This document shows positions 59,627-64,000 of a stretch of 64,000 nucleotides of DNA, piece by piece. The position numbers and the translations under genes were made by a program. Positions within the stretch are counted from its first letter, which is position 1; every line of letters begins with the position of its first letter. The stretch lies in NCBI GenBank assembly GCA_035573355.1, contig DATMZV010000020.1, forward strand, positions 5,917 through 69,916, in the 5' to 3' direction. The notes below the pieces were generated by a model. The model was not told the DNA's origin. It saw nothing but the letters and a program-made list of their open reading frames with translations, and made no database searches. This DNA is from Gaiellaceae bacterium (GTDB lineage Bacteria; Actinomycetota; Thermoleophilia; Gaiellales; Gaiellaceae).

Positions 59627-60651
59627 TGCTCTATTCGATCTCGGGCGGCGCGGGCTTTCTCGGCCTGCACCTGGCGCGGCGGCTGCTGGCCGAGGGCCAC
59701 CAGGTGCGCACCCTCGACGTCGTCCCTCTGGACGACGCTGAGCTCGAGCAGTCCGTCGAGGAGCTGCGCGGTGACATTCGCGACCCCGAACGAGTGCGTG
59801 CGCTCGTCGCCGGAGCGGACGTGGTCGTGCATGCGGCGGCTGCGCTTCCAATTCAGGCTTCGCGCGAATCGATCCGCTCCGTCAACGTCGGCGGGACGGA
59901 GAACGTCCTGCGCGCCGCGGACGACGCGGGCGTCAGGCGTGTCGTCTTCATCTCGTCGACCGCGGTCTACGGCGTGCCGGAGAAGCATCCGATCGAAGAG
60001 AGCGATCCGCTCGTCGGCGTCGGCGCGTACGGCGAGTCGAAGATCGATGCGGAAGGGCTGTGCCGCGTCGCCGCTGTCGAGACGACGATCATCCGCCCGA
60101 AGACGTTCATCGGCCCGGAACGACTCGGCGTGTTCGAGATCCTGTTCGACTGGATCCGTGAGGGACGTCGCATCTACACGCTCGGCAAGGGGCACAACCA
60201 CTATCAGCTGCTCGGCGTGGAGGATCTCGTCGATGCGATCGTGCGCGCGGGACACGAGCCGAAGGCCGCGCGCGAGACGTTCAACGTCGGCGCGACCGAG
60301 TTCGGGACCGTTCGTTCCGACCTGCAGGCGTTGATCGACCACGCGGGCTCGCCGTCCCGGTTGCAGCCCATCCCGGTGAGGCCCGCCGAGCTCGCCCTCC
60401 GCGGCCTCGAGCTCATGCGCGTCTCGCCGCTCGCGGAATGGCACTACAAGACCGCGCACAAAGACTCCTTCGTCGACGTCACGAAGGCGCAGGAGCTGCT
60501 GGGTTGGGAGCCCCGGCTCTCGAACCGCGACGCCTTGATCGAAACGTACGACTGGTATCTCGCAAACCGCGAGCGAGTCGGTGCGGCCGGCGTGACGCAC
60601 CGCGTGCCGTGGAATCAACAGGCGCTCGGTCTGCTGAAGCGCCTGTCGTGA
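59626..60651 (+). CDS. NAD-dependent epimerase/dehydratase (extended SDR)
   Basis: 341 aa. GTG overlaps the copCD stop (TAGTG). SGGAGFLGLHLA, YGESK. Confidence 0.8.
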   Translation: MLYSISGGAGFLGLHLARRLLAEGHQVRTLDVVPLDDAELEQSVEELRGDIRDPERVRALVAGADVVVHAAAALPIQASRESIRSVNVGGTENVLRAADDAGVRRVVFISSTAVYGVPEKHPIEESDPLVGVGAYGESKIDAEGLCRVAAVETTIIRPKTFIGPERLGVFEILFDWIREGRRIYTLGKGHNHYQLLGVEDLVDAIVRAGHEPKAARETFNVGATEFGTVRSDLQALIDHAGSPSRLQPIPVRPAELALRGLELMRVSPLAEWHYKTAHKDSFVDVTKAQELLGWEPRLSNRDALIETYDWYLANRERVGAAGVTHRVPWNQQALGLLKRLS

Positions 60652-61607
60652 TCTTCCTCGACGAAGCCGAGGTGCGCGAGCTGCTCGATCTCGATGCGCT
60701 TGTCGACGCGCTCGCGGACGCACACAGAGACCTGAGCGCCGGCGACGTGTCGATGCCGCCGCGCATTGCGGCGCTGGTGCAGGAGCGCCAAGGTCTGCTC
60801 GGGGTGATGCCGGCGTACCTTCCCTCCGCAGGGCTCGCCTGCAAGCTCGTGACGCTTTTTCCGCAGAACACCGACAGGCACACACATCAAGCCGTGATCG
60901 CCGTCTTCGACCCGGAGAACGGCTCTCCGCTGGCGTTGATGGACGGGAGGTACATCACCGCGACCCGAACCGCCGCGGGCTCTGCGCTGGCGACACGGCT
61001 GCTCGCGCGCGAGGACTCGCAGGTGCTCGCCCTCGTCGGCACGGGAGTCCAGGCTCGGTCGCACGCACGCGCGCTGCAACGCGTCCGGGAGTTCGACGAG
61101 ATCCGCGTCGCAGGGCGTGACTCGGCAAAAGCCGAAGCGTTCGCCGATGAGCTAGGCCCGAAGGGGCGGGCCGTGAGCTCGTACGAGGAAGCGATCCGGG
61201 GTGCCGACGTCGTCGCGGCGACGACACATACCACCGAGCCCGTCGTTCGGCGCGAGTGGCTGTCGCCGGGTGTGCACGTGAACTCCGTCGGGCTCAACCC
61301 GAACGGTCGCGAGGTCGACGCAGAGACCGTCAGAGATGCGCTCCTCGTCGTCGAGTCGCGCGAGTCCGCACTCACGCCGCCTCCTGCCGGTGCGCCCGAG
61401 CTCGTCGGTGTCGACCCGCGGGACGTTCACGCCGAGCTGGGGGAGCTCGTGGCGGGCACGAAGCCGGGACGCACCTCCCGGGATGAGATCACCCTGTATA
61501 AGTCAGTCGGCGTCGCCGTCCAGGACGTAGCCGCAGCAGCTTTGGTGCTCGAAGCTGCGCGGGCACGGTCGCTCGGGCGGGTCATCGAGTTGGAGGAAAC
61601 GGCATGA
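60648..61607 (+). CDS. Ornithine cyclodeaminase / mu-crystallin family NAD enzyme
   Basis: GTG 60648 (GTGA overlap), 319 aa. ...GRYITATRTAAGSALATRLLA...LALVGTGVQARSH... Confidence 0.85.
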   Translation: MIFLDEAEVRELLDLDALVDALADAHRDLSAGDVSMPPRIAALVQERQGLLGVMPAYLPSAGLACKLVTLFPQNTDRHTHQAVIAVFDPENGSPLALMDGRYITATRTAAGSALATRLLAREDSQVLALVGTGVQARSHARALQRVREFDEIRVAGRDSAKAEAFADELGPKGRAVSSYEEAIRGADVVAATTHTTEPVVRREWLSPGVHVNSVGLNPNGREVDAETVRDALLVVESRESALTPPPAGAPELVGVDPRDVHAELGELVAGTKPGRTSRDEITLYKSVGVAVQDVAAAALVLEAARARSLGRVIELEETA

Positions 61608-62698
61608 GCAGCAACAACGACTTCAGACCAGGCCTTGAAGGCGTCGTCGCCGTCGAGACCGAGATCATGGAGCCTGATCGCGAGGGCGGAATGCTGCGCT
61701 ATCGCGGTGTCGACGTCGAGCCGCTCATCGGGAAGGTCCCCTACGAGAACGTGTGGGGCCTCCTCGTCGACAACGACATCAACTCGAGGATGCCGGATCC
61801 CGAGCCGCACGAACCGGTCGGGCTGACCGGTAATGCACCCGCCGACCTGCAGGCGGAGACGGCGCGCCTTTCCGGCGAATGGAAGCTCGGAAAGCTCAAC
61901 GAGATCTCCGACGAGCAGGCGCGCGAGGATCTCGGCCGGCTCTCGTCGCAGATGATGTCCATCGTCGCCCGGTCCGCCCGGATCGCCGACGGGAAGACGG
62001 ATGTCGTTCCGGACGAGGTCGTCGCACGTGGGAAGACCGCTGCGGAGAAGTTCCTGCTTCGCTGGCGAGGCGAGGCCGACCCGCGTTCCGTGAAGGCGAT
62101 CGATACGTACTGGATCTGCACGGCCGAGCATGGTTTGAACGCATCGACGTTCACCGCGCGCGTCGTCGCCTCCACCGGGGCCGACGCCGGTGCAGCGCTC
62201 TCGGCGGCAGTGGGCGCACTTTCCGGCCCGCTGCACGGTGGCGCTCCCGCGTACGTGAAGCCGATGCTGGAGGAGGTGGCGCGCATGGGCGATCCGGAGC
62301 GTTGGGTCAAGGAGACGCTCGATCAAGGAAAACGGATCATGGGCTTTGGCCACCGCGTCTATCGCGCCGAGGACCCCCGGTCGCGAATCCTGAAGCGAAC
62401 GGCGAAGGAGCTCGAAGCGCCGCAGATCGAGGTCGCCGAGGAGCTCGAGGGCGTCGCGTTGGCCGCGTTGCAAAAGCGTTCACCCGACCGGGTGCTCGCG
62501 ACCAATGTCGAGTACTACTCGGCGATTGTCCTCGACGTCGCGGAGATTCCGCCGCGACTTGCGCCCGCGATGTTCGCCTGCTCGCGCGTCGCCGGCTGGT
62601 CGGCGCACATCATCGAGCAGAAGAAGACCGGCCGCCTCTTCCGGCCTTCAGCCCGTTACGTCGGCCCGGGCGAGCGCACCGTCGAGCTGAAGACCTAG
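61604..62698 (+). CDS. Citrate synthase family (short, CitA/2-methylcitrate-synthase-like)
   Basis: 364 aa, ATGA overlap. GPLHGGA, MGFGHRVY, catalytic His/Asp context. Confidence 0.88.
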   Translation: MSSNNDFRPGLEGVVAVETEIMEPDREGGMLRYRGVDVEPLIGKVPYENVWGLLVDNDINSRMPDPEPHEPVGLTGNAPADLQAETARLSGEWKLGKLNEISDEQAREDLGRLSSQMMSIVARSARIADGKTDVVPDEVVARGKTAAEKFLLRWRGEADPRSVKAIDTYWICTAEHGLNASTFTARVVASTGADAGAALSAAVGALSGPLHGGAPAYVKPMLEEVARMGDPERWVKETLDQGKRIMGFGHRVYRAEDPRSRILKRTAKELEAPQIEVAEELEGVALAALQKRSPDRVLATNVEYYSAIVLDVAEIPPRLAPAMFACSRVAGWSAHIIEQKKTGRLFRPSARYVGPGERTVELKT

Positions 62699-62707
62699 TC
62701 GCCGCCC

Positions 62708-63862
62708 ATGAAGCTGACGGAGTACCGCGAGCGGTTTACGATCCTCAGCGACACGACGTACCTGATCAATCACTCGCTCGGCGCCATGCCTGCCGCCGTG
62801 GAGGACCGCGTGCTCGAGTTCACGCGCATGTGGCGCGAGCGCGGGATTCGGGCCTGGGGCGAGGGCTGGTGGGAGATGTCGATGACGGTCGGCGACCAGA
62901 TCGGACGCATCATCGGCGCACCGCCGGGCTCGACGGTCATGCACCAGAACGTCGCCGTTGCCGAGGCGATCGTGCTGTCCTGCTTCCGCCCGGTCGACCC
63001 GCACCGAAATCGCGTGGTCTACGAGGAAGGCAACTTCCCGAGCGTGCGCTACCTCTACCAGGCCCAGCCGGAGCTCGACGTCGTCGTCGTCCAGGACGAC
63101 CAGGCGATCGTCGACGCGATCGACGAGCGCACGTTGCTGGTGCCGATCACGCATGTCCTGTTCAAGACCGGTGAGATCCAGGACGTGGAGGCGATCATCC
63201 GCCGGGCGCACGAGGTCGGCGCGCATGTCGTGCTCGACGCGTATCAGTCAGCCGGCATCGTTCCGCTCGACGTCGCGGCGCTCAACGTGGACTTCGCGGT
63301 CGGCGGCAGCGTCAAGTGGCTCTGCGGCGGGCCGGGAAACGGCTGGCTCTACGTCCGTCCCGATCTGGCAGACGTGCTCGAGCCGACGTTCGTCGGCTGG
63401 CAGGCGCATGCGCGGCCGTTCGGCTTCGAGCCCGAGCTCGAGTACGCCGACGGCGCGGCACGTTTCCTCACCGGCACTCCGAACGTGCCTGCGCTCTACG
63501 CAGCGACTCCGGGCTACGACCTGATCGAGGAGATCGGCGTCGAACGGATCCGCGAGAACTCGGTCCGGCAGACGCAGCTGCTGATCGATCTCTGTGACGA
63601 GGCCGGCTTCGAGGTCGGCAGCCCTCGCGACGCCGCGCGCCGCGGTGGCACGGTCACGGTCCGCACGCCGGAGTTCGAGGCCGTGCACAAGGAGCTCGGC
63701 GAGCGCCAGATCATCTGCGACTTCCGCCCGGATGCCGGAATTCGCATCGGACCGCACTACTTCAACACGGACGACGAGCTCCGGTTCGCGATCGCCCAGG
63801 TCGCCGAGATCCTCGAAACTGGCGCCTACGAGCGCCACTTCGGCGCAACCACGCGGTTCTGA
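62708..63862 (+). CDS. Kynureninase-like / class V PLP-dependent enzyme
   Basis: 384 aa. YLINHSLGAMP, DAYQSAG, GGSVKWLCGGPG (PLP lysine). Confidence 0.75.
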   Translation: MKLTEYRERFTILSDTTYLINHSLGAMPAAVEDRVLEFTRMWRERGIRAWGEGWWEMSMTVGDQIGRIIGAPPGSTVMHQNVAVAEAIVLSCFRPVDPHRNRVVYEEGNFPSVRYLYQAQPELDVVVVQDDQAIVDAIDERTLLVPITHVLFKTGEIQDVEAIIRRAHEVGAHVVLDAYQSAGIVPLDVAALNVDFAVGGSVKWLCGGPGNGWLYVRPDLADVLEPTFVGWQAHARPFGFEPELEYADGAARFLTGTPNVPALYAATPGYDLIEEIGVERIRENSVRQTQLLIDLCDEAGFEVGSPRDAARRGGTVTVRTPEFEAVHKELGERQIICDFRPDAGIRIGPHYFNTDDELRFAIAQVAEILETGAYERHFGATTRF

Positions 63863-63922
63863 CCGCTGGGATCCCTCTGTTGAGGGAGTCTGGTATCTCT
63901 CGATGCGGGTACGTTGAGTTCG

Positions 63923-64000
63923 ATGAAGACCGCCGTCTTCTTCACCGCAGCGATGCTCCTCGCCCTGTCCGCCGCTGAGGCAGCGAACGCCTCCGAGATC
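63923..64000 (+). CDS. Start of a secreted protein (truncated by window end)
   Basis: MKTAVFFTAAMLLALSAAEAANASEI, signal-peptide-like. Only 26 codons visible. Confidence 0.35.
   Translation, partial: MKTAVFFTAAMLLALSAAEAANASEI

Overview
This 64-kb window comes from a high-GC chromosome, roughly 68-70% by eye. Gene content points to Actinomycetota: a mycothiol-type class III alcohol dehydrogenase, an F420H2-dependent Ddn-family enzyme, a hopanoid cluster, LPxTG-like sorting signals and DHA2 MFS pumps. A Thermoleophilia/Solirubrobacter-like origin is only a guess. I call about 75 protein genes, most of them ordinary housekeeping or accessory metabolism. The main blocks are: a hopanoid operon (hpnC-hpnD-hpnE-shc-hpnH-hpnG-ispH-yjbQ, 49.1-56.7 kb); class II ribonucleotide reductase nrdJ; tmk-holB; an orphan mreB; lepB next to a PgaC-like processive GT2; two HisKA_3 kinases and one NarL-type regulator; ArsR, TetR, LuxR and ECF regulators; two DHA2 pumps; a cell-envelope cluster (S8 protease, repeat surface protein, O-antigen-ligase/TPR protein, LytR_C protein); and one tRNA-Thr(CGT). 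No rRNA, CRISPR array, transposase or integrase is visible. Many long ORFs in the six-frame track are high-GC shadow frames, and several listed ORFs carry spurious N-terminal extensions that I trimmed to internal starts. Points worth a second look: (1) three consecutive hairpins (two perfect, one bulged) translated in-frame inside hpnE; (2) a conserved ~55-nt leader element with a GGGAC-N-GTCCC palindrome, in sense orientation upstream of nrdJ, a LytR_C gene and a DUF202 gene; (3) three tRNA-Thr 3'-half copies downstream of the intact tRNA, marking a decayed integration hotspot; (4) an LPFTG-anchored protein with curlin-like Q-x-G-G-G-N-x-A/S repeats behind an S8 protease; (5) a terminator-bounded, translationally coupled 7-gene operon joining CopC-CopD to OCD-family, citrate synthase, kynureninase-like and SDR enzymes; (6) small rearrangement scars, namely an nrdJ fragment and a duplicated tetR 3' end. 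All functional calls rest on motifs read by eye. No database search was run.
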